From the human T2T-CHM13v2.0 reference genome, Homo sapiens, in NCBI RefSeq assembly GCF_009914755.1, contig NC_060929.1: a DNA stretch of 64,000 bases. The stretch is one strand, 5' to 3'. Positions 28,021 through 44,238 of the stretch are shown one piece after another. Below the pieces are notes generated by a model. It was not told the origin of the DNA. It worked only from the letters and a program-made list of their open reading frames with translations, and made no database searches. Made by a program: the position numbers and the translations under genes. Position 1 is the stretch's first letter. Every line of letters starts with the position of its first letter.

Positions 28021-28879
28021 GAGTTGTTCTTAACACAGAGCCTCACCTCAACCATGTGGCTTTACTGCTTATTCTCCGGAGGAAAAAAAAGATTTTAGGT
28101 GTAAACTTCTTTTGAGGGAGGAGAATCTCATGATACTAACATATCAATATGTTTACATTCTTAATTCCATTGCTTTTGAATTTATTGTGCAAATCTCCCA
28201 TAGACTTTGGATTCCATTTCTTCTTTCTGCCTACAGAATTTAATCATTCTCCTCCTTCTTCAGTTTAACCTAGATAACTGCAAATAAAAACAAAAAGAAA
28301 GGAAAACAAAAAAACTTTATCTCAATATTTTTTACTTTCTTCCATCCTTGGGAAATATGAGTTTCCCAAGGCCTAGAGAGTACAGGTGATCGATAGTTGT
28401 GTGTTTAATAAGCAAATAAGTGCTTTCCCTTAAGGTAATCTGTTTATCTTAATCATTTTCTATGTGAAAGTTTAGAATAAGTTAAACACTTATATGGCTA
28501 AGTGGAGATAACAACCACTCCCACAAACACATCATATTACCTAGGAACGTACAAAGTACATTACAGAAAACATTGATAAATGTATTATTAGAAATATTAA
28601 CACAAATACAATAGAATGGGAAGAAAAATTCCTCAATGATAAAGACTTTTTTTTTCATTTTACCCTAGACTATTCTCTTTTTAGTTAACATTAATAAAAA
28701 TTCACAAGTATACAGTTACTCATGTCTCTCCTGTTTCTTGCAACAATTGAGAATGGGAAATAATAAGTTAATTTTAAATATTAGTACATCCACAGGACTT
28801 AGAAAAAAATTTCCTGGTTGAGATTAAATTGTTTATATAGGGAAAACAGTCACAAATTAAAGATTGTATGAATTATTTT

Positions 28880-29340
28880 TTAAAAAACATACATTCACAA
28901 AAAGATTCACATAAGAATCTTACTTGCAAGCTGATTTGTAATAGCCAATATTAGAAACAACCCACATGTCCATCAGCAAGAACATAGATGAAAATATTGT
29001 GGTATTTTCATAAAATGGAAAGCTATTCAGCAATAAAAAATTAAAAAAAAAACTAGTGATACATTCAATAGCAACATGATTGAATCTCAAACACATTACG
29101 TTGAGTGAAAGTAGCCAGATATCAAGGACAAGAACAGCCAAAACCCATCTGTGGCAATAGAAAATAATTTAATTTGGGGGCAAGAGGAGAGAATTGGTGA
29201 GAAAAGTGTGATTGGTTCATTAGACATTTCTAGGGTATGAAAATTTCTGTAGTTTGATTCAGTTTATGGTTATATAGTTATGTCTAATTGCTAAAACTCC
29301 CCAAATAGAACATCTTATTTCTGTGTTAATTTATGTTAAC
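28880..29340 (+). mobile_element. L1ME/MB-type 3' fragment
   Basis: gtaatagccaatattagaaacaacccacatgtccatcagcaag...ttgaatctcaaacacattacgttgagtgaaagtagccaga. Confidence 0.75.
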
Positions 29341-32300
29341 GATATATTAGTTTATATACATAATCTATTTTTCTAAAATGTTATGGTTCTGAGTGTTATG
29401 TTTTTGTCTACCTGCTGTCTCAAATTAATTTTGTATAGGGAGTTAGAAAGTGGTTGAAGTTATTTTTTCTTATATAATTTTTCTAGCAACAAATTAGATA
29501 TATATATAAGGAAAAAATATCTGTGAAGATTTCTTGCTTCATTGTTAAACTTCTAGCTTTCAAATATGTGGGAAATCTCATGCTTTTTCACAGCTTCACT
29601 GCCAGGTTTTTCTGGGGGGCTTTTTGTGGGAGTTTTAGGTCTATAGTTCTGCCCTTTTAGTTCTATGCCTAAAATAGTTTGGCATAGAGTACAGTAGTCC
29701 CTTTCCTAACTTCTCTAGGACTAGAGACCTGTGCTGTGTGGAGGCATGGAATTCTTCAGAAAAATGTCTCTTAGTTCTCTTGCCACTCCCTCAGTATTTT
29801 GTAGGTGAAATTCCAGAATGCCCAAGGAGTTTCTTTTTGCTCTCTTACCCTGATTAGAGGCTTTTTGCAGCTGAAGATGTGCAGTTAATAGATTTCTCTC
29901 AACACTCCTGCCTCCTTCACCACTACCACACATGATGATGAACAACTAATAAAGATTGCATGTAGGTGTAATGTGCACTTTAGTAAGATGCTCACAACAG
30001 TCTGTATGGCACTGGTAAACCCAACTAGCATCTCTTCATCCACTTTCTTGTGGATTCATCTTCCTGTGTAGGTCTACCAGGCATAGGAAAGTTGAGAGCT
30101 CGTTCTCACCTGTATAGAACCCGAGACTTTCTAGAATTTAGTTCTTTGTGTGTGTGTGTGATCAATTTTATAATGACTTTCTCAAAACGATAATCACGAT
30201 AGTCATTTTACAATGACTATCACAATAGTCATTTTATAATGACTTTCTCAAAACAATAATAATGAAATTTAACCTTTTTTTGTTTTTGATTCTTAGAGTG
30301 GGAATGCACATTTCATGCGACATCATGTTTCTCAAAGTTTACTGATAAAAAAATTAAAAATACATACATCCCTATTAATAAAATAAATAAAATTGACTAA
30401 TATACAGAGAAATTATATATGGTTCTGTATTTAGGTGGATATGCACAAAAGAGGTATATATAGAAATAATGAGAATATGATGAAAGAAATACCTTTAATT
30501 TTGACATTTATTCTAATTACGCTCTTGCATATAACAATATTTTAATTAATATAACTTTTGAAAATATTGATCTATGCAAAATTAAAAACATAATTCTAAG
30601 AACATTGGGATAGATATTTGCTAAACATGGAATAGCCACAATACCCCATGCATAGTTATATTTTTGCATTTATTATCACATTTAACCTTACAAAATTATG
30701 AGATATGTGTAATCCCACATAATTTTATAAGTGAGAAAATTTTATAGGTTTTTATTTTATAGGTGAGAAAACTGTGGCAAGTGGAAAGGCCAGATTTAAA
30801 CACATCTGATTTTACTACTGGGATTTTCTTTTAATAGAATGCATGCAGTATTGCCTTCAATTTTACAAAATAATTCTTTAAGGCACTATAAAGATAATTT
30901 AAGATAGATATACTTTATGGAATATAACAAGATGACTTGTTTGAATATAACATAGACATGAACAAAATTGCTTTTATTATTTTCCTCAAAAATCATACAT
31001 TACATTTAATTAGGTATGCCATTGCTATATGACATAATTTAGTAAACTTATTATATTAAATAATATATTTATATCTACTCTGTCCCACTTTTTCAAAGGT
31101 TTATTTTCTACATCAAAGAATTATATTGAATCCCTACAGTATATTTCTCTCACCAGAATACTGACACCATAGTGAATTAACACTATGTTAATTCAAAGTT
31201 AAAATCCCTTTATACTTTAAATAAAACTGTATTTTTAAAAGATACAAGCCAAAGGGCAAGTATCTTTGGGAACCTCTGTACCATAGTCATTCTGTATGTT
31301 AAACTGCTAGCTAGGAAAGTCAGTTGTCTCTTATCTTCTCTGTATGTGTGTAGGCACATTATATACAAAGTAATAAGTATAATTGAAGCAAAATAAGAAC
31401 CTTAATAATAAAGTGCAATAAGGTGGCTATAAGATGAAAACATATTAATTAGAAGTGCTCCACTTTTAATAATTTACGATGATATATATCAAATTTTTAT
31501 CTTTTTTTTTTCATGAGCACCTTGTAGATCACTGTTTCTCGAACTGGCAACTGAGGCCAATGTAAGGTTCTTCAACATGGTATTGGAGCTCAACACTATT
31601 CTAGGTAAATTTTAGTGACAGAAAATTCATTTTTAAGTAAAATGAATAAAATGCTTTGTGTTAACATGACAACATAAATCTTAATTATTTTATATCTTTG
31701 GGAAAGATTATTTGATTTACCCAATGAAAACTAAGAAATCTGTTTCAGTCTTGGTGATTGAAAGACTAAACTGTAGTTTAGATTCTATATCCAGTTAGTT
31801 TCTTGTATTACTCTATTTATAATTATTGAAAACTCAACTCACAGCTACAGGTTGGGGAATGGCAGTGTTTGGTGGCTTCATCAAATGTGTCTGAATATTT
31901 GGCAGGGACCCACAAATAAGGAGATATTTATTTCTAAAATTTTTTAACAACCTTATATCATATGTTAACCTGATGTGTGTATCAGATTCAAAATTTTGAA
32001 TGTTGAATATTTCAGTTTGTAAGCCAAAGCTTAATAAGCTTTAATTGATCCTTATGTTTATTTAAACGGTATAAAGAGCTTCCTAATTTCTGTGGCATAT
32101 TTACATCCTTTATTAAAAATACACCCAATAATGCATCACCAGTGTATGTCTAAAAATAAAGAAATGAGACAAGCTCTTAGTTTTCAAATTATTCATATTA
32201 TAGTTTGTTTGAAAATATCTGAATATTTTATCCACAACGTTAAAAATAATGTTTTATCTGATAAGTTATAGCTTCTAACTATACAAAATATTAAATGTAC

Positions 32301-35167
32301 TCCTGAAGACACAATATAGGTCACACAAAATAACTGAAATGAATTTTTTTTGTATCAGTGGCAAAAATAAATACTTTTATGCCATCCATTAGTACCAAAA
32401 TGCATGTGAGCACATTTCCCTTGGCAGTCTTGGTGCTGTTAATATAACTCTATTATTAAATAAATAATTTTTCTAATACTTCATTTTTTCTCTCCTACAA
32501 AATTATGCCATGATTACTAAGCTGAATGATGCTTCTTTAGGCCTCTTGTCTACAATTAATGACAAAAATTTATCAATTTTATGGTGGAAAATATTTAATG
32601 ATTGTTTTATGAAACACAGACAGAAACCAATCAATACTTTTAACAGTGATTCTTGTGTTTTGTTCTAAAATGATGTGAAATTTTAATGAGCATGGACAAC
32701 ATTGTGTAACGTACAGAAAAGTAGGAGAGAAACTGTGACTAGATAACTGGTCTAATGCATACAGTTTTTAAGGTATTCATTGCCTTCTTTCCACAATTTT
32801 TGGGTTGCTTGTGCAGAAATATTTGTTATACATATTGCCTCATCTCAGTACACATATATTCACATTCTGTATTTCCTGAGTTCAGTTTACTATTTACATG
32901 TATACATTTTCCCATGTAATATTTTCATTTATGTGATTATTTTATTCATATTATTTCACAATATTTTATGCTTTAATGAAGGATTTTAACATGATCCATT
33001 CATTTGGTGGATTAGAACAATAGCATAATATTTTTCAAACCCCTCAAATTAAGAAATGTGAATAATTGTCAAATGACAAATAATATCTACTGAAATAGAC
33101 TTGTAATTAAATGCTAATCAGGACAAAATGACACATATGTACTTTACATAGCTACATAAAATTTCCAAACATGAATAACTGAACATGTATTGACTTTCCA
33201 TGAAAAATAGTCCTTTATTAATTTTTTAAATTATGTAGCAAATATGGAAAAAACTATTTTTTTCATAACTGATGTGTATATAAGTCATGGGTCCATCAGT
33301 GATCCACAGATAACACATGATTATTATTATATTAGTGGCAAATAATTGCTGAGAATTACCCACATATTAATATTTTTTAAGTTTCAGAATCTCTTCAGAA
33401 TTTGATCAACCTACTGACTGACTCATTCATTATAATTTGTTTCCAATATTATAACATTCATTTTAAACAATTTTTGTTAATATTTTCCAAGTTATATTGG
33501 TAATTTTGTAGCATATTACTCACATTCATGACTTAGTTGTATTCACTGCAAGAGTCCATCAGGTAGTCTATTCCTCCATATTGTCAGTAGTGAAAACTTA
33601 AAGCATTTGTAAGTTGAGCAGCAGCTTAAAATTTGTACCTTAATACACTAAAATAATTAGGATATACATAATACACAATTTAACATAGTTTACATTGTAG
33701 AAAATTGTTTATAACATGCAATGACCTGGGTAGACTGGATAAGTGTACCCGATAATATACAAACTTGTTAAACAAGAGAAAGAATTAAACATATATCTAA
33801 AGTTGTATGTCTCTAATATAATACTGCTTAATTTTCAATCCTGTAAAATGTATGTGTAACTTGACAAAATCATGAACATTATATTTCATTTATTAAGAAC
33901 TTTCAACATTTAAAACATGGAAATAAAAATCCAATTGCTAAATATTGCCAGAGAGGAAACCATCATTTTAGCTTAATTTTACCATAGGAAAAATGGCCAA
34001 TTCTCAGGCTACACTGTTATCCTTGTTTTGATTCAAGATTATATATCTCAAATTATGTTATACATATATATGGCATACATTCGAGATTATTTATCTCAAA
34101 TTATGTTTTTATATATATGGCATACATTGAATATAAAATCTCCAGTCTCACTATGTGGGAGAGTAATAATAAAAATGTGAATAAGAAAAGGCACGGTAAA
34201 TATGGAATACTTTTTTAAATCAAATAACATTGTCTGTAGGTACATGCTCTTTTCATTTGCTTTCTTTATTCAAAACCGTTCATTGAAAGTACAGTTTCTA
34301 TAAAAACCCACATTCATTTTTTTCCGCAAAGAATACCCTTCAATAATAGTGATCTCACATGCGTTTTGCACAAAGTCGATATTTTAGTTTTGTTCTTTAT
34401 GATTACTCTCTCATGTGACACTGTGGGCAAGGATGCTTGTGCAGTAGTAGGCATTTAGTGGCAATCCTCTCAGGCATAAACTTTTAGCTTTCTTAAAATT
34501 CAGCTGAGTGAATTTTCTGGAGAGAATAACATGAGCAAGACACAGTGTTGGGACATTCCCTTTTCTCGTGGCTTTTATGGTATAGTAGTTTCCATGGTGG
34601 CTTTCCTCCTACTTGAACAAATGGAGAACCAGTCCACACTGGTTTATTCCCAAGGAAAGCTACTTATTATATCACACTGAGTTTGATTTCCATTCAGAAA
34701 TTTGGGCTGTAGAAAGTAAAGCAAAGTTATTCCCATAACTATACTTTATAAATAAAATAACGTTAAAGCTAATAAAGTGTGCAATGTTTTAGAACTTCGA
34801 AATCAACTATGAAAGTTAAAATGTAGGCTTAAAGTCATTTATTCTCTTGGAATTCTTTTTTAAAGTTAATAATGTAAATATGTTTCCAAAGACACAAAAA
34901 AACCCAAATCCTATTAATTTATATAAATAATCACATGCACATGCAAACTAAGGCACAGTTGTATTTAATCAGCTATCATTACTTTTAATTATCTAGTTTA
35001 TGATTTATGTGTTTAGCATGGTTTGTAGAAACAACTTTTTCTTGCCTCTAAACATCACATAAGAGCAGACATTCTTATCCCCATTCTATAAATATGTAAA
35101 ATAAAATATGGATTGTTGGTTCAGTTCCCTGAAAACAATAAATCAATTAAATAATAAGAAATAAGTA

Positions 35168-35526
35168 CAAGTTGAGTATCCCTCATCCAAAATGCTTGGG
35201 ACCAGAAGTGTTTAGGATTTAAGATTTTTTTTTAATTTGGGAATATATGTATATATTTAATGAGCTATCTTGGAAACGGGACTCAAGTCTAAACAAAAAA
35301 ATTATTTGTATTTTATATACACCTTATACATATAGCCTGAAGGCAATTTTATACAACGTTTTAAATAAATTTTGGATGAAACAAAGTTTTGACTGTTTGG
35401 ACTGTAATTCATCACATGAGGTCAGGTATGAAATTTTCCACTTCTGGCATCATGTAGGCACTTAAAAAGTGTTAGATTTTTGAGCATTTCAGATTTTGGA
35501 TTTTTGGATTAGGGATACTCAACCTA
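35168..35526 (+). mobile_element. MER2 (Tigger-family) DNA transposon
   Basis: TIRs caagttgagtatccct / agggatactcaaccta with TA flanks. ccaaaatgcttgggaccagaagtgttt. Confidence 0.92.
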
Positions 35527-36884
35527 TAGTAGTTAAGGAATACTGGAGACATACCTGTTGAAGCAATTGAGTACAAACATCATGACCATCTTTTTACCTT
35601 TGCGTGCAGTTGAATATCTTGGACTACATCTAGTAATATTGTCCTTTCCTTGATGACAAGGTGAATTTGTAGCAAAACAAAATCATTCCTATAATTTTAA
35701 ATGAACAATACCATTAAGTATCCTTCCCTCAATATTAAAGGAACAGAGGCATTATTTTTACCCACTTTACTTTCTACTTTATCCAGATCATCTTTAGTAT
35801 GACTTAACGTTATGAGATATTTGTTTTTAGATTATAGATCACATTCAGTTTCAAAGTTTAAGTGCTTCTTTGTTACTGTTTTTAACATAACTCTTATTAT
35901 TTTTGACATCTTTAATGATCTATAAGCAGGCTGCCTTTGCCTTTTTTTTCTATGTTCAATTAGCTCAAAGCCATTGATTTCCCTGTCCTTCTTATGCTAT
36001 AAACCAGTCAGTGGATGTTACTTGGATTAAGAACATTCACATCTTTTATAATGGCAGTTTCTTCCCGTGTGCAGTATCAGCATAAGGGTGTGAGTGTTGT
36101 CATCCATTTAAAGCTTATCAAATAGGGCACTTTGAAAGATTGCTTTCCACTGCAATTGATATATTTCTCAGAAAGCATATTGAATGGACCTTTAAGGGAA
36201 TTAAAACATTTGAAGTGGGAATGGCTTTTCTTGTTTTGAAAGGACGTGATCCAGTATTGCCTATATAAAATGTGCTAGGATTAAGTTTTTGGAAAATTTC
36301 TACTATTCATTTTCTTAATTTTTATAGTAAAAGAGACTCTTGTTATTTCTACCAAACAAGGGGAGAAATATAACATGATTTGCCAAGCTGACAAAACTAT
36401 CTCAGCATTCATTTTGTAAGCTGGCTCCATTGTCAGAGGATTGCAGCAGGGAAGGCAGAAGGGCTGAAATTGTAACAGAATTAAAAAACATGTTGTTGCT
36501 TGAAGCACTATGATGTTAATTTACTACTCAATAAATGCAACAAGCTTACACTGAGGCTTGCAGGCCTGGAGAGAGAAGCAACTTGAAGGTATCTATGTGC
36601 ATAGTTGCTTAGCTAATTATGAACAGTGGCTGATTAGAAATGTGCGGGGTGATTCTTCTACCAAAGTTTTATTCCCTACACCTGTACCCCTGAGTCCAAA
36701 TGTTGCCAGTGGTATAAAAACCCAATGATTTACAAGACAACTTCTGAATGTATAATACCTTCAAAATATGATTAGTGCCCATTAAAATTATAAATATATT
36801 GGAATTTGACAGATGGGACTTTAATAAGCTGGGATCTCACAGGATTTGTAATGTTCTGCTGTTTCTAGCTATGGATATCATAAA

Positions 36885-37700
<816 letters not shown>

Positions 37701-38224
37701 ACTGTTCACATTTGATGGAAAATAAAACTACTACTAGTTAGTGCATTAATTTATGAAATCGTTAAAGTTCTCATATATGCTTATTGGAAAATTTAATTTT
37801 CACTAAAATGATTATTAGACTGAAAGGTGGAAGTGCAGGTAAGAACAGCGTCCTCATAAATTTATATAGGACTTTTTTGTGGTTTATAAAAGCAATTTCA
37901 GTTCCTTATTTGGCTTGCCAAATAATGTATTTTAAAACACTACTATAATAATTCTAATTCTTAAACACATTTTTGCATTTTGTTGTTTTTGTTTTCAGTT
38001 GTTTTCTAAGTGACAGTTGTTTTCTAAGTGACAACAAGGAAATGTGGTTTTATTTGATTGACAATTGTCAGAGCTAGAAATTTTATCATCCAAAAAGTAG
38101 GTGTATTTAAATTCTAAATAAGTGTCTTTGATGCATTTAAAGATAAAAACAACAACAACAACAGAAAACACCACCTGTAACATGAGTAATTTGGAACAAA
38201 AATAACAATGAAAATACATGTGCT

Positions 38225-38425
38225 GGGAAATATGGCAGGCACTCACTGCTTGACACACTTTACTGATATTAATTCAGTTAATCATCACAGTAACTATGAA
38301 GTTGGCATTCTTTTTTCTGTTTTACAATTCAGAAGATTCAGACATGCAAAGTGAAGTGAGACACTCATGTTTAAAGAGACAGTGTTATAGCAAGTATCTG
38401 AAACTACACTGTCTGGCCTCTGAAG
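38225..38425 (-). mobile_element. MIR fragment
   Basis: taatcatcacagtaactatgaagttggcatt...gttttacaa...gtctggcctctgaag. Confidence 0.55.
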
Positions 38426-39911
38426 GAAAAGAGCTGATTTGGGCAAAAGAAAACAAAGAGAAACATCTCTTATTCCCTTCATTTAATAATACCTTAAAAT
38501 GAACAAACAAAAACACAGTTTATAAGCACTTAACTCCTAATATCTTTGACATCTTTTTTATTCAATATGCATGTTTTTTTTTGGCAATTAGTTAATAAAC
38601 TTTACTTCCTTTTGAAAAGCAGAATTTAAAATCCATATAAACCATACAAAATCCCTCTTCTATTGATGGCATTTTTTTGGTTAACACATAACTTGTCTTT
38701 TCTGTAAACATTTTGAATCTTTCTCACTGTGGCATTGAGATGTTTATTTGAATAAACCTGTTAAATTATAATTTTTCTTAATGAACAAATAATAGATCAA
38801 TATGCCTTGTTAATCATTGATGTGTAGCAGTTTTTGCCACCTCTATGTAATTACTCTAAAAAATATATCAGTTCTATAACAATATTATACTCAAATGCAT
38901 ATTTCTTCTGAATCCTTTCCCTGATAGGGGACTGTGTATTAAATTTAGCAATATAATTTTCTCTTTTTGTAATCATAAAATATTTTATTTTACATGTTAT
39001 TATTAATGTATAAACTTATATGGTTACATAACTACATAAAGCATAATTGTGTGTGTGTGTATGTGTGTGTATTTCCTGTACCCTTAGAGAAGTGAAAGCC
39101 AAGAATATGAAAATTAGTGGATAGGAATGTAACCACATCACACACAATTCCTTCCCACCTATAATAAATTCAGCTTTATGTTTCTTAAATTTACTTTATT
39201 GAAGTCTCATTGATCTTTCAAAGTGATTTCTTCCAATTTTCTTAAGTATCTACCAGAAAACAAGAACCAGATGGCTCCTCTCCCTGCCTATTTCTTTAAA
39301 TTAAGCATAAATGTATTTTTGTAAAATGAATAGTGGTGACTCTATGTCTGCCAAAAATTTACAGAAAAAAACAAATTAGAGGAAATTATGTAAATTTTTG
39401 AACATCAAAGAAGGAAAAAATAAGAGTTGACAAAAGTACATAATTTGGATAGTAATTGTAATAATAGACCAATCTAATTTGCTTATATTTTCTTTTCCAT
39501 TTTTATTATTCTATATGTTTGTATTCCTAGAGCTATTGCTAGAAGGTATATTATACATTAATGTACATAGTACACAGATCATAGCTCCATTAAGTCAAGC
39601 TGATTAACTTTGAAATTATGAGCTGTAGCTTGTTTTACCTGCAAAATCAGTCAACAGTACTTCGCTTTCTCATCAACCCCAGGTGGAGAGCCAAGGGGAA
39701 GGGGAAGGAGGCAATAAAATCCAAGAACAGAGGGTTATTTCAGCCCACTTGGTAACCAAGTCTGAGCATCTGGCAATCCAAGATCTCAGTGCTTATCTCA
39801 AAACAAGTGTGGATTTTTCTGTTCTGACCTCAGTTTAACAAATCTGACAAATCAAGGTAAAAAACACTGACATGACATCAAGACAATTTATGATTATAAA
39901 AAAGTTAAATT

Positions 39912-40219
<308 letters not shown>

Positions 40220-40231
40220 TTAATTTGAAGA

Positions 40232-40400
40232 CTATATATAATATATATACACATATACAACCATGTATCATATACATATATAATATAGTTATATATACAG
40301 CTATATATTATATATACGTATAATACATGTTATATATGTATCATATGTTATTGATAAAAATTAATATTTATATATTATATATGTATGTGTGTGTATATAT
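40232..40400. repeat. TA-rich low-complexity tract
   Basis: Seen directly. Confidence 0.9.
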
Positions 40401-40978
40401 ATTCTTAGGTTCATTTTCTAGAAGCAAAGCCTGAGCGAGGGATCAAGTGCATGAAATCTATTGGGAGAATGTGCCTTAGGAAAGCCCTTTGAAAGAGCGA
40501 GGAAAGCAACGTGGTGAAAGGGGAAACGCTGAGCAAAATTGTGGACCCTGAGAAAGACTATTCTTGGTGGGATATAAAAAGGGTGATGCCTTTTGAGCAA
40601 AAAAGTTACACCCAACAATTCTCCTACAGTTTTTAACTCCTTGGCAGTTCTCTTGGTGGAAAGCATGAAGACTCAGTCAAGACAGTTCCCTCAAGGCCAT
40701 TTCCACAGACCAGTACCGTCAACATCATCTGGGAACTTGTTAGACATGCACATTCTCATGCCTCACTCCATATCTGAGAGTCTGTGTTTTTACTTTCTTT
40801 CTAGAATAGTCTAATGCCCAATATCAGATTGTGAAGCCCTGGCCTAGGGCACTCCCCTGAACAATTTTGCAGGAAAAGAAAAGATAACTTGATCCAGTAG
40901 CAGCTAAATTTATGGTATGGAATGGATTTAATGATCTGGTGAAGGAGATCTGAGTGAGGCACCAAGAGCTTCCACATC
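40401..40978 (-). mobile_element. Ancient ERVL-type LTR (LTR16/LTR33-like) with a nested MER5A-like element at about 40682-40842
   Basis: tcttaggttca...ctagaagcaaagcctgag...tgcatgaaatctattgggagaatg and ...gatctgagtgaggcacca. Nested catcatctgggaacttgttagacatgcacattctc. Confidence 0.55.
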
Positions 40979-41439
40979 CATTAGAATGTTTTTAATATTA
41001 TAACCTGTTTTTTAACTTACAAGGAAAAGGTCTGGGGACACATAGATGAGGAAAAAAAAATAGAGCTTTGAAGAATAGGAACTTTAGGACTTTGACATCT
41101 ACACCAGCCACTATGTCTATCACACTTGTCTTTCTAAAGAAGTTGAAAACATTTTAGCTGTTCAATGAGTCATTAGAGGTAATACATATAATACTTGGTG
41201 ATTATGGCAAAACATTTTAAAATTGAGCAAGAATACATAGCTAAAAATTAATTTTACAGATAAAGATCAATTTAAAGACAATCTCCAGCCAGAACAAAAT
41301 TTTATACATACCTGTCCACACAAAAGCCTCAAAAAATTGTAACGATTTGTGAATTTGTATAATGAACTTGAAGAAAATAAGTATTAAACAGACTAATGTT
41401 CTCCTTGAGTCCTATACTAAGCTTATTTTCTACCCTAGC

Positions 41440-41570
41440 TGAAGAAAAAAGAGAAGGAAAAAGGAAGGCAAGCAAGAAGAAAGAAAAGAAAGAACGACAG
41501 AGGGGAGGGGAGAGGAGGGGAGGGGAGGGCATGACAGAGGAGGGGAGGGGAGGGAAAAGGGAAAGAAGAT
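41440..41570. repeat. Polypurine GA/GGAGG tract
   Basis: Seen directly. Confidence 0.9.
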
Positions 41571-42129
41571 TAGTTAATCCTAGTTAGTACATTTTCTTGC
41601 ACAGTAAACAGGCCCTCCCTATCTTAGTAGTCTTCTATTGCTGCAATTTAATTAATGGCCAGGAAGAAAATTGTAAACATTTGATATTCTTCTGAAAGAT
41701 TTTAAGAGGCAGCAATAAAAGTGTTTTCCCTTTCCAAGGGTCTTCATACTTGTTCTGCTGCTTGTCTCAAGCAATTACCCTTTCTTTCAAGCCAGTCTCA
41801 TCTGTTAATTCAGAGGGGTATCTAATTCACATTTTTTTTCTCAAGCAGTAATTCTGCATGGAAAACATACTTTACATTTCAGACAAAGACAGATCTCTTA
41901 ATGCAAGTGCTCACTGCACTGTGGCCCACTCATATGCTGTATTTATTTCTTCTAAATTTTTAAATAAATTTGCGTAAATATTTTTATCAACCTATATTTT
42001 GTCTTTTAGACATTAAGCTGCAGGGTGGCAAGAGTATGACTCTTTTTGGCTCATCATTGTATTTCTAGCCAGATCCAATCCAAGTTTACATATAACAAAT
42101 ATAAAATTATGACATTTATGAAAATAAAT

Positions 42130-42701
42130 AAACACTTTAATTTTTTAAAAGGTGACAAATCCAAGAGCACCACAAAACACAAAAACTAATACAGATCATA
42201 TTCTCACACCATCTATTTAAAATAATGTTTAGACGCCACTACCGACATGCACACAATACCATGGAATTTGCTTCTATCAAGATACCACCTCTGGCACTAC
42301 ATTTTTGTGGCCTGAATTATGGGTAGTTGATACAGGTTTGGAGCAGTTTTCCAGAAAGCTATTTCTACATGCATATGGATAACTTAATGCTGTATGAAAG
42401 TGACAGTGAATCACTTCAACCTTTGCCTTAGTTGGATCCAAAAACATCCCTGGGCACTCTAATGCTACCCATCAGAAGAAGTAAGATGGACAGGAAATCA
42501 GAGAGGAAAAAGAGAGAGCAGTCTTTACTGAGTAAAAATCAGCCTTACCTCTGCAAATTTTACAAAAGTGGCAGGACCAAGTGAGCCCATTGTTGGGTTA
42601 TTTCCAGGGCCTTGAATGGGGTCCTAGGCAGGCAAGCTGCCCCAGGCAGGCGTGAGGCCTGCAAACATAAGCTTCTTTATCTTCCCAATAAATATGCCTC
42701 T
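42130..42701 (-). mobile_element. MER115/Zaphod-like hAT-Tip100 DNA transposon fragment
   Basis: Minus strand agaggcatatttattgggaagataaagaagctta...caaggccctgg...tttgtaaaatttgcagaggtaag. Left end uncertain. Confidence 0.6.
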
Positions 42702-43886
42702 CATTACCTTTATCTTACAGAGTGTGTACTTCATATTAGGTTCTTAATATGTATTTGCTAAATAATAGCTAAATGATAACAATGTCTTCCTGCCTCATTC
42801 CTTTCCTAATGCACCTGCTAAATAATAAACATAGTGGTTAAACACCAAAGGTGAATTCAGAATAATTACTATTTTATGTGTTATGCTGTTTCCCGGTAGG
42901 AAATTCATATTTTTGAGTAGTTAGTTTGGTGTTTTAATGATTCAAGAACATGGTGAAAATAGTTTGTACTTCTTGAATCACTGTTTTATATAGGAATTTT
43001 TAAGAAAAAATCAATTGTAAGGTGAAAACAATCTATTTAAGTATTACAGTTTAATACTCAATTGTATGCATTGTAATTCTATATCATCATTAACATTTTC
43101 AAACTAAAAATATTTTACATAGTTTAAATAATTATACTATACATTTTCCTAGAGAGAGAAATTAGTCTGATTTTGCTGTCCTTTAGAATGCAAAGGACTA
43201 AAATTATCTTCGTAACATGCTAAATTCTGAATCTTGAGCAATGTATTCAGAGGACATCCATACAGTTAAAGGAAATAGTAAGATTCACAAGCAGGTGCTC
43301 ATTTCTAAGTCCAAAATCTTTCTTTACCTCAAGTTCTTACTGAATAAAACACTGATCAAATCCATTAAAACTAATGACGAAGTCTGAGTTCAATTTTATC
43401 TGTGCACAAGTTAGCTTTGAAAACAATGGATAATAAAATTTTGTAAGTAAAAGCAGAGATTTACAAGCCACTACCTTAGGAAAGTAAGAACAGAATGTTT
43501 GCTAAGTACTAACTCTAGAAGAAAAACTTCTTTCTATCATGAGTATTTAACAATTCCAAGAAGTTGGCGCTCTTTTTGAAGAATAAGAATATGATGTAAT
43601 TATGTTTACAAGCAGTGTCTTTTGCCTCATAGAGCTTATATTATAATCTTTTAAGAATGTCTTATTCGGACACATTTCATATTCTTACACCTTCCATATG
43701 TTAACATCACTCAATGTAGTTATCTGTCTTATTTATACAAACATAAATCATAAATTCAGCATCCAAACAAGACATTTTCTGATCTCATATTCAGGAACTT
43801 TGACTTAGGTTCTGTTTTAAGAGTTTCCAAATAACAAACTCATTAACTCAAACTATATTTTCATGAGAGAAAATTAAGAAAGTAAA

Positions 43887-44238
43887 TGTTGGGAAATTAT
43901 TCTCATGAATCTCTCAAACAAACTCTTCAGACAAAGAGTTTGAATGAGTCATCAATTGCACTTTTGTTCCAGACTATCTTTTCAAGGATCTTTGCCTAGC
44001 AAACAGCTTTGGAAGATAGAGAATGTCTCCCTCCAAAGCAAAGGGCAGTCATGTTTACCATCAATTATAAAAGATTCAATGTCCTTGAGAGCAGGGCTCC
44101 TATACTGTAATACAGTCCACTGGGTGTGGAGGTGCCATCTAGTCCAGGTCACAGTGCCCTGTGGGGATCAATGCTCTGACCCAGCATTCTCCTATCCTCC
44201 ACCAATATCCTTGAAACTGTGGCAGGCTAACTTGTTGA
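43887..44238 (+). mobile_element. LTR47-like (ERVL) LTR, partial
   Basis: tgttgggaaattattctcatg...ttgttccagactatcttttcaaggat...tggaagatagaga...gcaaagggcag...tgtggcaggctaacttgtt. Confidence 0.65.

Noticed and set aside
27805-28098. Cys/Val/Tyr- and His/Thr-rich ORFs
   Set aside because: Translation of a (TG)/(TA) microsatellite.
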